NCBI RefSeq assembly: GCF_009914755.1
Contig: NC_060945.1
Reading direction: 5' to 3' (one strand)
DNA length: 64,000 nucleotides
From: the human T2T-CHM13v2.0 reference genome, Homo sapiens
In this document: positions 28,816 to 45,506 of the stretch, piece after piece
Layout: the number at the start of each line of letters is the position of its first letter
Numbering within the stretch: position 1 is the first letter of the stretch
Program-made: the position numbers and the translations under genes
The notes under the pieces: generated by a model
What the model saw: only the letters and a program-made list of their open reading frames with translations
What the model was told of the DNA's origin: nothing
Database searches by the model: none

Positions 28816-29255
28816 TGTAGTAGTTTCCTACTGCAGCTGTCACAAATGATCACAACCTTAGTGGCTTAAACAACACAAGTTTATTATCCTACAGTTCTGG
28901 AGGTCAGAAGTCAAGGTGCTGGCAAGGCTATGTTCCTTTTGGAAGCCTCCTGCATTCCTTGGTTCATGGCCCCTGACACTTCATCTTCAAAGCCAGCAGC
29001 ACAGCCTCTTTCAGTGTCTGGCCTCCTCTTCTGTCCTTCCATCTTCTTTCTCTGACTCTGATTCTCCTGCCTCCCTTTTATGAAGACCTCGTGATTACTT
29101 TGAGCCCACCTGGATAATCCAGGATCACATCCCTATCTCAATATTCTTCATTTGGTCAAATCCGCAAAATCCCTTTGAACATGTAAGATATTATATTCAC
29201 AGATCCTGGGGATTAGGAGGTGGACATTTTGGGGGGCCATTGATCAGCCTTCCAC
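28816..29255 (-). mobile_element. MaLR LTR (MLT1C/D-like)
   Basis: AGTGGCTTAAACAACACAAGTTTATTATCCTACAGTTCTGGAGGTCAGAAG. Confidence 0.8.
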
Positions 29256-29663
29256 CTTCTCTAACTGGTCTCTCCTGAAATAGCTCTTTTCAGTAGGTTA
29301 CCGGCAGCCTCTGGGTTGCAAAGGCCCAGGGTCACTCCCTCATCTTGCTTGAGCCCTCAGCCACATTCAGCAAGAGTGATCTCTCCCTTCTTCTCAAGAA
29401 ATTCTCTCCTCTTGGCTTTCATGACATCCAGTCTCCATGCTCCTGGGTCCCCTGGCCTTGCTTCTCTACTGGATGTCTAAACATGGTCGTGACCCAGGGC
29501 CCCACCCTCAGCCCTCTTCATCTGTTCTTTAGGTGAACCCATACAAATGATGGCTCCAGCTCTATGCTGATGATTCACAAGTTTACATTTCCACCTCACA
29601 CTTTTCCACTGAGGCCTGAAATTGTATATCTCCTTGATGCTGTCTTTATATGTCTTCAATACC

Positions 29664-30038
<375 letters not shown>

Positions 30039-30494
30039 TGAGCTATTTCCTGGTGCCCCATCACCCCTAAAGACTTTTTGTGTGTATTTCCTACAAACAA
30101 GGACATTGTCCTACCTAACTATAATACCACCATCAAAGCAGAAAATTAACTTTGATTCATTAATACCATCTAATCCTCTGACCACCTTCAAGTTTCACCT
30201 GCCATGTCTGTTATGGTAAAAGGATCCAGTTCAGAATCATGAATCACATGTAGTGGTCACGTATCTAGTTTCCTTCAGTCTTGAATGGTTGCCCAGACTT
30301 TGGCCTTCAAGACCTTGACACTTATGGAGACTACAGGCCAGTTATTTCGTAGGATGTCTATGATCGGCTTCCATGGACATCCTTTCCTTCCCCCCATGTA
30401 AAGGCCTCCATAGAAAGTATAAGATGGAAGTATATATTTGTGCATCATCAACATAGAGCTGGAACATTAAGCCACCAGTTGCAGGAGTCACCTA

Positions 30495-30915
<421 letters not shown>

Positions 30916-32764
30916 TCATCACTTCCTGTTGCATGATGCACAGCTCTGCTTTGTCTCATTATTGATGACGTTCAATTTTACCATTTAAGATGACCTCACC
31001 AGGGTTTGCCACTGTAAAATTATTCTTTTCCCCTTTGTAATTAATAAGCATTTTTGTGATGAGACACTTTGAGACTATATAAATGTATTGTTCTTCATCA
31101 AATTTTCTATTTATTCAGTATTTAAAAAGGAAAACACAGGTGTAAACTCCCAATACGTAGCTTGTCTTTTCATTATCTTAACAGTGTTTTTCACAGAGCA
31201 GAACTTTTTAATTTAAATAAAATCCAATTTTTTTTTTATTTAATGGATTGTGCTTTTGGTGTTGGATCTAAAAGTCATCACCAAACTCAAAGACACCTAG
31301 ATTTTCCCCTTTGTTATCTTGTAGAATTTTTTGAGTTTTGCCTTTTACATTTAGGTCTATGATCCAGTTCAAGTTAATTTTTGTGAAAGGTATAAAGATG
31401 TGTGTCTCAATACATCTTTTCACATATTCAGTTGTTCCAGCACCATTTGTTGGAAAGATAATTCTTTCTCCATTGGATTGTCTTTACTGCTTTGTCAAAG
31501 ATCAGTCTACTGTATTTTTATGGGTCTATTTCTGGGCTCTCTATTCTGTTTCTTAGGTCTATTTGCTTATTTTTTCACCAATACCACACTGTCTTGATTA
31601 TTATAGCTTTATAGTAAATCCTGAAGTCAGATAGTATCAGTCTTCCAGCTTTATTCTACTTCAGCATTATGTTAGCTATCTGGGTCCTTTGTCTTTTCAC
31701 ATAAACTTGAGAATCAGTTTGTCGCTATTCACAAAATAACTTGTTGGGATTTTGGTTGAGATTCCATTAAATATATATCAAATTGGGAAGAATTAACATT
31801 TTAACACTACTGAGTCTTCCTATCCATTAACATGGACTATCCCTCTATTTTTTTTTTGATCTTTTATTTCTTTCATTAATGTTTTATATTTCTCCTCATA
31901 CAAATCTTCTACGTATTTTGTTAGATTTCTCTCTCTCTCTGTCACTCTGTGCTAGTGTAAATGGTATTGTACTTTTAATTTCAAATTCTAATTGTTCATT
32001 CTTGATATATAGGAAAGCAATTGACTTTTGTATAGTAATCTTGTATCATGTAACCTTATTACCATTTAAAACACTAACTATTTCTAGGAGTGATTTGTGA
32101 GGGTTTTTTTTTTAAATCAGTTCTTTGGAATTTCCTATGTAGATAATTATGTTATCTGCAAATTTAAAAAGTTTTATTTATTCTTTCCCAATCTGTACAT
32201 CTTTCTTTTTCTTATCTTATTGTATTACCTAGTACTTCCAGTACAATGTTGATAAGACTAATGAAATGGATATCCTTGCTTTCCTCCTAATCTTAGGGAA
32301 GATGCATCCAGTTTTTCACAATAAAGCATAATATCAGCTGTAGGGTTTTTTGTAGACATTCTTTAACAAGTTGAGAACATTCTCTCTTCCTAGTTTGCTC
32401 AGAGTTTTTATCACAAATGTTAGATTTTGTCAAATGCTTTATCTTCATCTATTGATAGGTGATTTTTCTTCTTTAGCCTGTTGATATGATGGATTACATT
32501 AATTGATTTTCAAAGGATGAGCCAGCCTTGTGTAACTAGAATAAATCTTATTTAATCATGGCCTATAATTTCTTTTATATATGGTTGGATTTGGCTTACT
32601 AATATTTTGTTGGGAATTTCTGCGTCTATGTTCATGAGAGATATTGGTCTATAGTTGTCCTTTCTTGTATTGTCTTTACTGGTTTTACCATTAGGGTGAT
32701 GCTGGCTTCACAGAATAAACTAGAAAGTGTTCCCTCTACTTCAATTTTCTAGAAGACATAATAG

Positions 32765-33067
<303 letters not shown>

Positions 33068-33522
33068 TGATTCAGTTCTTTAATAGATACAGGACTATTT
33101 TGACTATCTATTTCTCCTTGTGTGAGTTTTGATAGATTGTGTCTTTCAAGAAATTAGCCCATTTCATCTAAGTTAATAAATTTGTGGGCACGAAATTGTT
33201 CATAATATTTCTTTATTATCCTTTGAATGTCCATAGGATTAGTAGTGATGACCTCTCTTTCATTTCTAATATTGGTAATTTGTGTCTTCTCTCTCTTTTT
33301 TTTCTTGGTTAGCCCACCTAGAGGTCTATGAGTTTTACTGATCTTTCAAAGAATGAGCTTTTGGTTTGGTTGATTTTCTCTATTCATTTTCTGTTTTCAA
33401 TTTCTTTGATTTCTGTTTTAATTTTTATTAATTCTTTTCTTCTGTTTGTTTTAGGTTACATTGATCTTCTTTCTCTAGTTTCCCAAGGTAGAAGCTTAGT
33501 TTTTGATTTTAGGTCTGTGTTC

Positions 33523-34474
<952 letters not shown>

Positions 34475-35217
34475 CTTCTTTTCTTGTGTATTCATTTAAT
34501 GCCATACATTTTCCTCTAAGCACTGCTTTCATTTTATTCCACAAATTTTGATGTTTTATTTTCATTTTTATTCAGTTAAAATATTCCAATTCTTCCTAAG
34601 TCTTCTTCTTTGACCCATGTGTTATTTACAAGTTTATTGTTTAATCTCCAAATATTTTGGGACTTTTTCTAGCTATCTGTTATTGATTTCAAGTTTAATT
34701 CCATAAGATCTAATAGTATATTTTGTGTGATTTCTATTCTTTCAAATTTGTTAGCATGAGTTTTATGGCCCAGAATGTGGTCTATTTTAATTAATGTTTC
34801 ACAAGAACTTGAGAATGGGTATTCTGCTGCTGTTAGATGACATATTCTATAAATGCCAGTTAGATCAAATTAATTGATGGTGCTGGTCATCTCAACTATA
34901 TCCTTACTGATTCTCTCCCTGCTGGCTCAATCTGTCAATTACTGATAAACAGATATTGAAAACTCCAACTGTAATGATGGATTTGTCTATTTCTCCTTGC
35001 AGTTCTATTAATTTTTGCATCATATATTTAGACACTTTGGAGTTGGGTGCATATACACTAAGGACTGTTATGCTTTCTTGGAAAGCCGACTTTCTTATCA
35101 TTATATAATTGTCTTTTACCCCAGATAATTTTCTTTGTTCCGAAATCTGCTTGCCTGAAATTAATACAGCTACTCCAGCTTTCTTTTGATTAATGTTAGA
35201 ATGTCATATATTTCTCC

Positions 35218-35436
35218 ATTTTTCTTCTTTTTTTTTTGAAACTGGATCTGCCTCTGTTGCCCAGCCTGGAGTGCAGTGGCACAATCATAGCTCACTACAG
35301 CCTTGAACTCCTGGGCTCAAGTGATCCTCCCACCTCAATCTCCTGAGTAACTAGGACTACAGGCACCTGCCACTACACCCAGCTAAAATTTTTTTGTTTT
35401 TTGTTTTTTTGGTTTTACTATGTTGGTCAGGTTGGC
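35218..35436 (-). mobile_element. Partial Alu (J-type)
   Basis: Right arm plus part of the left arm. Confidence 0.85.
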
Positions 35437-35719
35437 ATTTTTAAAAATGTAATCTATCAGTGTCTCTATATTTAAAGTGGGTTTCTGGTAGACAATATAT
35501 AGTTGGCCCTTGATTTATTTTTAAATCCACTCTATTAGTCTCTGTCTTTTAATTGGTACACTTAGACCATTCACTTAAATATACTATTGATAGTTAGATT
35601 AATATCTCCCATATTTGTAACTGTTTTCTATTCAATGCACTTGTTCTTTTTATGTTTATTGTTGTTGCTGTTATTGTTTTTCTTCCTTCTCTTTTTCTGC
35701 CTTCTCTGTTGTTGTTGTT

Positions 35720-36020
<301 letters not shown>

Positions 36021-36083
36021 CCTTCTCTGGTTTTAATTGAATATTTTATATGATTCCATTCTCCCCTCACTTAGCACATTAAT

Positions 36084-36632
36084 TGTATTAGTCAGGATTC
36101 TCTAGAGGGACAGAACTAATAGGACAGATGTATATATGAAAGGGAGTTTATTGGGAGAATTGATTCACATGATCACAAGGTGAAGTCCCACGATCAGCCA
36201 TCTGCAAGTTGAGGAGCCGGAAAGCCAGTCCAAGTCCCAAAAGCTCAAAGTAGGGAAGCCAACAGTGCAGCCTTCAGTCTGTGGCCAAAGGCCTGAGAGC
36301 CCCTGGCAGATCACTGGAGTGAAGTCCAAGAGTCTAAAAGCCGAAGAACTTGGAATTTGATGTTTGAGGGCAGGAAACATCCAGCATGGGAGAAAGATGG
36401 AGGCCAGAAGACTTAGCCAGTCTAGCCTTTCCCCCTTCTTCTGCCTGTTTTTATCCTGGCCATGCTGGCAGCTGATTAGATGGTGCCCACCCAGATTGAG
36501 GGTGGGTCTGCCTTTCCCAGTCCACTGACTCAAATGTTAATCTCCTTTGACAACACCCTCACAGACACACCCAGGAACAATACTTTGCATCTTTCAATTC
36601 AATCAAGTTGAAACTCACTATTAACCATCACA
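36084..36632 (-). mobile_element. MLT2B-type solo LTR
   Basis: TG...CA ends; 5-bp TSD TTAAT on both sides. Confidence 0.88.
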
Positions 36633-36911
36633 TTAATTATACTTCTTTTTAACAAATCTTTAGTGACTGCCCTAGAGTTTGCAATATACATTATAACTAA
36701 TCTAAGTCCATTTTCAAATAACAATACACTAATTCATGGGTAGTACACAAGTATCTTAGAAAAGAGTATCCCCAATTTCTCCCTCTCAACCCTTATAACA
36801 TTGTTATTATACATTTCACTTATTCATAAGCTATAATCACCCAATATGTTGCTGCTATTATTATTTGGACAATTATTCTCAACCTGATAAAGAACATCTA
36901 CAGAATCCCTA

Positions 36912-37730
<819 letters not shown>

Positions 37731-38807
37731 ATGAAAAAACAAAACCCTTAGCATAGCGATCATCATGATTTTAAATTCCTAGTCTGATTTGCAAATTCTC
37801 TGCCATCTCCGAGTCTTATTTCTAAGCTTGCTTTGTCTCTTCCAATTGTGCTTGGTGTTGTCTGCCTTTCAGCATGCCTTGTAATTCGTTGTTAAAAACT
37901 AGATATAACATATCAGGTCATGGGAGCTGAGATAAATGGCCCTTTAGGATAAGGTGTTAGGTTTATCTGGCTAAGAGTTAGGCTGTGTTAAATGTTTGCT
38001 GTAGTTGTAGGTGTCAGAGGCTTCAGTTTTATTTAGTGTCCTCATTTTTGTCTCCTCCATTGTCTTTGGGTTTTCCTAGAAATGCCTTCTTAAATGGAGT
38101 TGTAATCCACCGTTATTATACTACAGAGTCCTGTTGATGTGGTGGTAAGATACTGTGGAGGCAAAACATTCTACAATCTTATGATTAATTCCCAGAGTTT
38201 TCTTTAATGGGCCTGAGTCTCTGGGCTATGACCCTCCGAGAAGTTTCTTAACTTTTGCTTTTTTCCTCCAGTCATGATAGACAGGAAGGCTAGAGGGGGC
38301 TGAGTTGTCTAATTGCCCTTCTGCTAGGTCAGTTTAGGCTCCAGTAATGTAATTGCCCTGAGGACAGGTTTTTGTTACAGAACACTCTGGGCATATCTCA
38401 AAATGTTTACTTTTCCCCTCCCACCGGCCAGTCAGGAATTTTTCTGTGGTCTTTACCATGAGAACTTGGTAGAGCTTCTTGGAGTAAACCTTTAACAATT
38501 TGGGGAGCATCCCTCTAAGACTGAGTACCCAACAGTGTTTAATTCTCAAGCTAGTCCACACTCAGTCTCCAGCAATTAGTCAATTACAATTTAAGTTTTG
38601 CTATGATTTCAGAGGCTTCTGGTCCCTGTAAACTGTGATTCTTTGCATTTGTCTGTCTTTCAGTTTTTGCAGTTTGCCCTGTGACTCAATTCACTGATAC
38701 TGAAACAAGAAGAGTTGTTAATCTTCAATTTGTTCAGCTTTTCTCTTGTTGTGGGGAGTGGAGTGACAGCTTTCAAGCTCTTCACACCTTGGCATAGACT
38801 GCATTTG

Positions 38808-39060
38808 CTTTTGTTTTGTTTTGTTTTTTGTTTGTTTGCTTGTTTTGAGACGGAGTCTCGCTCTGTCGCCCAGGCTGGAGTGCGGTAGCGCAATCTTGGC
38901 TCACGGCAAGCTCCACCTCCTGGGTTAACGCCATTCTCTCGCCTCAGCCTCCTGAGTAGCTGGGGCTACAGGCGCCCGCCACCACACCTGGCTAATTTTT
39001 TTTTTTTTTTTTTTTTTTTGGTATTTTTAGTAGAGACGGGGTTTCACCGTGTTAGCCAGG
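38808..39060 (-). mobile_element. 5'-truncated AluY
   Basis: Stops at TTAGCCAGG; TSD ACTGCATTTG(C/T)TTTT. Confidence 0.92.
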
Positions 39061-39710
39061 ACTGCATTTGTTTTTTAAAAAATCTTTTTCCTAATTATAT
39101 AAGTAAGGATGTTTACTGTAGAATGTTTGGAAAGGAAACAAAATAAAAATCACCTACTATCATCCAATCTGCAATAAGTCATAGTTAAGGTTTTGACATA
39201 GTTTTATTTTTAATATATATGTTTATATAAAAGAGTGCATGCAGCACATGGAGTTTGGTATTGGATTTCTCCCATTTTCAGAGGCTATTTCTGCAAATTC
39301 TCTAAAACTGTGGCTGAAAATATTTTCAATGTTGAATGTCTTTTATAAGAAATAGGATCCTAGATAAGTTCCCTTCAGATCGTATGGGGCTGGTGGGAAT
39401 TCTGCCAAGGGTCACATAAGAGGCAGGACCGTGACATCCTCTTTATGATCACCCTTGTGCCTAGCCTTAAAGGAGTATCAGCAAATGTTGGTTGACTTCA
39501 TAGATTAAAAGGCTCATTTTTCCCATCTACAAAAAGTATGAAACATCCTCCTCCTCCCTTTCCTAGGAGGCCAGAAAGCTGAACGAGAGATTAAATACTC
39601 AGTTAAAACAATTTAGGTGGTTAGTGTATCTTTTCCCTCTCCTTCAAAAAGATATTAACATTTCCATTTTAGTAGCTGTAATGTTTAGAATATACATACA
39701 TTTTACTTGA

Positions 39711-40050
<340 letters not shown>

Positions 40051-40689
40051 TCATAGTCTATTTTAGAAGTTGACAGGCTATAAATAACAAGCAGACAAAT
40101 TAATGAAGAACATCTGTCTTTCTGCCTATCCCGAAACACGTTGATCAGTGGGGGGTCGAGGGAAGGGTAGGAGTATGGAGAAGAGACCCGCGGAGAAGAG
40201 GGGAGAATCTACAACGGATAATGTTGTAGATATTTACAACATTTACTCAATGGTAGGTATTTTTATCCTCGTTTTACTAGTTGGAGAATTATATCATGCA
40301 GGTTTATACAATTAACAAGTGGGGGAGCCAGGAGAGAACCCATTCACTCTTTAGTTCATTCATTCATTCAGTCAGTCAACACATCTTTGGGTGTCTTCTA
40401 AATGCCAGGCACTATTCTAACCCCTAAGGATACTTCAGTAAACAAAACAGTCCCAAATTCTTCCCCTATGGAGCTTTCTCGGCGAAGGCGGGATTGGTTA
40501 GGAGCTGACAATCGGCAGCAGACGATTGTAAATGACCGGACCTTTTTTCTATTCTCCTGCCCAGCCCCCGGCCCGGCCTCCGCCTCCGGCCCTGCTCCAG
40601 CCCCGCCAGCGGCCCAGGACCCGCCCCTGGCTCCGGCCCCGCCCCTGGCTCCGCCCCCGCCCCCGCGCCGGCGGCGGCGCGGCGCCCGC

Positions 40690-40974
40690 GCTTCCGTAGC
40701 GCTCCTCGTAGGCCGGGGCTCGGCGCGCGCACCCGCACTAAAGACGCTTCTTCCCGGAGGGTAGGAATCCCGCTGGCGAGCCGAACAGTTCCCCGAGCGC
40801 AGCCCGCGGACCACCACCCGGCCGCACGGGCCGCTTTTGTCCCCCGCCCGCCGCTTCTGTCCGAGAGGCCGCCCGCGAGGCGCATCCTGACCGCGAGCGT
40901 CGGGTCCCAGAGCCGGGCGCGGCTGGGGCCCGAGGCTAGCATCTCTCGGGAGCCGCAAGGCGAGAGCTGCAAAG
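40690..40974 (+). other. IFNAR2: IFNAR2 exon 1a (non-coding)
   Basis: Ends at donor AAG|GTAACG (GT at 40975); no ATG; matches recalled IFNAR2 5' UTR. Start approximate. Confidence 0.85.
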
Positions 40975-41053
40975 GTAACGCAGCGTGGCGGGGTCGCGGG
41001 AGCGGAGCGCGTGGCCAGCTGACTGGAGGGAAAACGCCGCCTCCCTGCAGCGG

Positions 41054-41062
41054 TTCCCGGAA
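41054..41062. promoter_or_regulatory. GAS (STAT) consensus site TTCCCGGAA
   Basis: Exact TTCCNGGAA match about 80 bp into intron 1; function not shown. Confidence 0.5.
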
Positions 41063-41199
41063 TCCCCTCCGGTTCCCTCTCGCTCTCCCCGACTCCTCCT
41101 CCTCCTCCTGCCCTCCCTCTGCGTCTTGAGTATGCGGCTAGTGCGCCCTTCCTCTCTCCCGGGGCCGCACCTGCGACCCCAGGACCCCTCCCGGGCCCT

Positions 41200-41315
41200 G
41201 TCCTGCGCCCTCCACGCGTCGCCCCTGCTGGGAGTCCGCTTTCGTTGCACCCCTCCGCGTCCCACCCCACCCCACCAAGGATGCCCAGGATACCGGGCAT
41301 TTGCCACTGCAAGAT
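41200..41315 (+). other. IFNAR2: Putative alternative first exon 1b
   Basis: Consensus-like donor GAT|GTGAGT (GT at 41316) inside the CpG island; ATG at 41281 is in frame with the main ORF through the 52668 acceptor. 5' end unknown. Confidence 0.55.
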
Positions 41316-42421
41316 GTGAGTCGTTGCTAAGTTTGAGGGTCACATTCCTCCAGGTCCACCCCGCCTTGCAAAACCGGCTCACCAGCCGGGTGCTCAGGTT
41401 CGGGATCTCCAGCCCGCCCCCTTGAGGTCCCCTGGGATTAGCCCCCCTCGACCTGCGTCAGGGTCACAGACTGCAGCCGGGGCTGGAGCGGCCTACACCC
41501 CTCCGGATCCGCTGCGTGGAGGCAGGAGGGGGAAGGGGCGAGGGGACGTGGCCGCGGAGACAGAAGGGTGCACGCTCCCAGGGTCGGAGAGGGGAGATAC
41601 TGGGAAGATACTCCGCGAATATGGAGAGGCGATCGGCACTTGCATTTCAACCCTGAGCAAATCAATCCGTTACACGCAGTAGCGAGTTGACTCCATCAGC
41701 CGGTTTATTTGGTTAGCGATGGTTATATTGACTCTGAGTATTCCCACCTCCTTTCTTTTAACATTTTTTTTTTTATTTCCTTGTTTTGTTTAGCAAGAAG
41801 TCTTAGAAACGAATATAGCATGCTTGGGCGTTGATTCAGTGGTGAGAAGTGCCGGAGCTGGCTCAGGGAGAGGTGGAGTTTCCCATGTGTGCTCACTGGC
41901 CCAGGGGCTAAGTCCCACTGCTTGCCAAGGTTTCTCAGTATCCTGTCCACCCACCCCCTATCCACCTGTGCAGGCTTGAGGGGGTGAGGGGGTAGCAGAT
42001 ACTCTATCAAAATCTACCCTAAGGAAAATATTCGATAAACACTCCTAGCAATTAGGGCATAGCTGATAAGGCTTGATCTGTTTGTCGCAGAAAATGACTT
42101 GAACTTGTAAGTTCTATTGTTCATAAAGTTGTTTTCCACAATTTTAGATAATCAAAAATGTACATGACTCATTTTTCTTACCTATTATTTCCTCTAAAGT
42201 TTCTCATGTATTTATTGAAAAGTTAAAGAAAATCTGATTTTGGTTCACATAATTTGACAATGGTGATTTGTCTAAAAGTCATTTCAAAAAGTAATATGAA
42301 AAGGATCATAACCCTAGAGGTACTGTCATAGAAGTGAAACATTTATTAAAATATATATTCCATGGCTCACACTTGCACACTCAAAGCCACATTGGACTCA
42401 TTTTTTCTGCTACCTTTATAA

Positions 42422-42778
<357 letters not shown>

Positions 42779-43349
42779 CAATCATCATGTTTTATCAAAG
42801 CTAAAACCCAAACTAAAATGCCATTGCTTATAAGATGCACTTTCATTTTATGTAATGAAGTAAGAAAAAACACTGTCAATCATGCTATGCCATGCCACCA
42901 GAATGAAAGCATTCTGATTTCAGAAATTCTCAAATGTTAAAAGAAAATGGGCATTTTATAATTTGTGAAATATTAGTGAGTTAGAGCAGAGCTTGACGGC
43001 ACTGGCCCTAAGGGTCCTTCTTCTTCCTTTGGAAGAATGAAACTGGGGGCTATGCAATTCAGGGAAGAATAAAGGAAAAACAGGTAATTGGCAGAGGAGG
43101 TTGGCTGACTTAGAGGTATGGAAAAGACAAAACAAAGGAGGGAAAAAGAGAGGTATGTATGATGGGGAGGAGTTCAGAGCCACTGAAAATTTTCTCTGGC
43201 CCTAACAGGAAAACGAGTTACCCCACAAGCCAGGGTTTTATCATCTGGTACGTGGAGATATCCATCAGCATTGTCATTGGTTTTCATTTGTTTGTTTTTA
43301 ATTCTCAAGTTTAAAAAAAAATTTAAAATTTAAATGTGTCTCAACCACC

Positions 43350-44940
43350 AGAAACTATAGTGAGATTTCTCTGTAATAAATAGGAAAGAAGGAGACTGAT
43401 CCAGTCCTTGTTAAAAAAAAAAAAAAAGAGGAAACTGAATCACAACATACTTTGCTTTTTTCTTTTCTCACAAAGGAACAGTGGGCCCTTTATGCTGGGT
43501 GAAGGTGAGTGAGATGGGGGAAGGTTCACTGGGCACCAACCTTCTGGGCTAGAGAAATTGCCCAGGCTTTACAGAACAAGCTGGAATCAGATAAAGTTGT
43601 GGAAAGGAAGTCGAGGTTTCACTCTGCCATATCAGTAGGAGGTACTAAAGCCAAACTAGTAGCAGCAAAGTGAACAGAAATGGTAAGGGGGAAAAATAGG
43701 AAAGGAAAGAACAACGTGGATTGCAAGACGTCTTACTAAAAACAAAGAATTACACTTGGAACAGAAGAAATTCATTACCATTGCCTTACACTGTGCAACA
43801 ACTTGATAAAAATATAAATCCAATAAAACAAACTCAAAGATGAGAAAATTGTAAACTGGAGATGAAAAGGGAGATTGCAGACCTAAAGGAAAATTGAAGA
43901 CCGTAAAAACATAGTGACAGAATAAATAAGTCAGGAGAAAGAACAGAAGCAATACTGCTGAAAATAAAAGTATTTTAATAGAAGAAAGCCCAGTAAGGAA
44001 GCCCAGTAAATTCAACTGAAAAGGGACAAAGATTAAGAAGAAAGAAGCTATTATGAAAGACAAAATACAATCAAGAATTGGGACCACTGAAGTCCCAGAT
44101 GTAGAGAAGTCAACAAATGGGACAGAAAATTCAAATAAAAATAAGTCCAAAGAAAGCTTATTGAGATGAAGAAAAAATGGTCTGTAGGCCAAAGGAACAT
44201 GCCATGTTCCAGAAAATGTCATGTGGGAATACGGAAGCACTACGATATCTTAAACTATTTAAATTCAAAGAAAAAGATTTAGGAATCTAAGAAGAAAAAG
44301 TAAAGGAGGGAAAAACAAAATCAAGCTCGCCTCAGACTTCAGTGCAGCACTAAATGCCAGACTATGATGGTTGTGAGGAAACAGTTCCAAGGGAAAGAAA
44401 CTTTTCCGAGGGGCATATTTTTTTTCCGGAAGAACAAAGGGAATTCAGCACCCATGAACCGTTTTTGGAAAAACAAAAACTTGCTGAGTAATAAAATCCA
44501 GGAAATAGCAAATTAAGAGATAAATCAAAATAAAGAACTTAAGAGTAGAGAAAGGTAAAAAGACTTGGTGAGTATTTATTCTATTTAAATATAGAAGTAA
44601 TACATCTATAGAAATTGTGGGTAAGATAGAATGCGATTGTTATTAATCTAGACAAAAATATACAGCCAAAAAAAAAAGAAGTCAGAGAGGAAGATGGAAG
44701 GAAACATGAGAATACCAATATTCTCTTCTTTCAAAGAATGGAATAGTAAATATGGTATAAAATTAAAAGATGCTATGTGAATATATAATACTGCAACTTT
44801 TAATATCTTTCATAAGTTTTATTTAAAACCTTAGAGGGATATCATAGGAAATTATACTTTCTTATGGACAAAAAAATTTAAATTTTAACAACTCCTTTGA
44901 CTTTATTTTAGTCTTTTCCCAAGTAACATTAAACAGAAAC

Positions 44941-45001
<61 letters not shown>

Positions 45002-45215
45002 ATGCATAGAAAGATCTGTGGGATTATGTTCGCCTAATATTAATGATAGTAATAGTTTTTACAGAAGAAAAAAGAAAGATGTTTGAAAAATAAGCTAGAA
45101 TCACATATGCCAAGATGTTAACAATTGTTGATGCTGGATGGTAGGAATAAGGATGAGTGTTACTTTCTTATTTGTACTTTTTCATATTTTTCTAATTTCC
45201 AGAAAAAGATATGTA
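43350..45215 (+). mobile_element. HAL1/L1M remnant
   Basis: A-rich strand; ORF1-like text AAAATCAAGCTCGCCTCAGACTTC...AATGCCAGA. Confidence 0.65.
44943..44999. repeat. (TG)~28 perfect microsatellite, intron 1
   Basis: Directly visible. Confidence 0.96.
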
Positions 45216-45506
45216 ATTGTTTTTGTCTAACATTTCTGAATCCACTTCATTCATTATTCATTGCCTCCTTGACAATGTGCATCAGTCTATGTCAAACAGA
45301 AGGAAAGACACAGCCATACTTTACCAGGAGACTATGAGGCAGCGAGTTCCTGGAGGGTTGTTTGTCTGTCTAGGAGGAGTTGGAATTCAAAGAATCACTT
45401 CACTCAATCCATCCATTTTATCTGGGCCTTGAAAATTGGCAGGGTTTGTCTGGTCTCAGGGTGAATAGCAGGTAGAGCTCTTCTTTCAGAATGGAGAAGG
45501 CCACAG

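Larger units (their letters stand above)
40400..41700. promoter_or_regulatory. IFNAR2: CpG-island, TATA-less promoter of IFNAR2
   Basis: Very high GC and CpG density; clustered GC boxes at 40560-40670 including a duplicated CCGCCCCTGGCTCCG; reverse CCAAT (GATTGG, ~40492); ETS-type CTTCCG at 40691-40696. Confidence 0.93.

Noticed and set aside
40398-41682. 304-aa and other long ORFs over the CpG island
   Set aside because: GC-rich DNA lacks stop codons; Gly/Ala/Arg/Pro composition with no recognisable domain.
43656-44240. 194-aa hydrophobic ORF resembling a membrane protein
   Set aside because: Antisense reading of an A-rich L1/HAL1 relic yields Phe/Leu-rich text.
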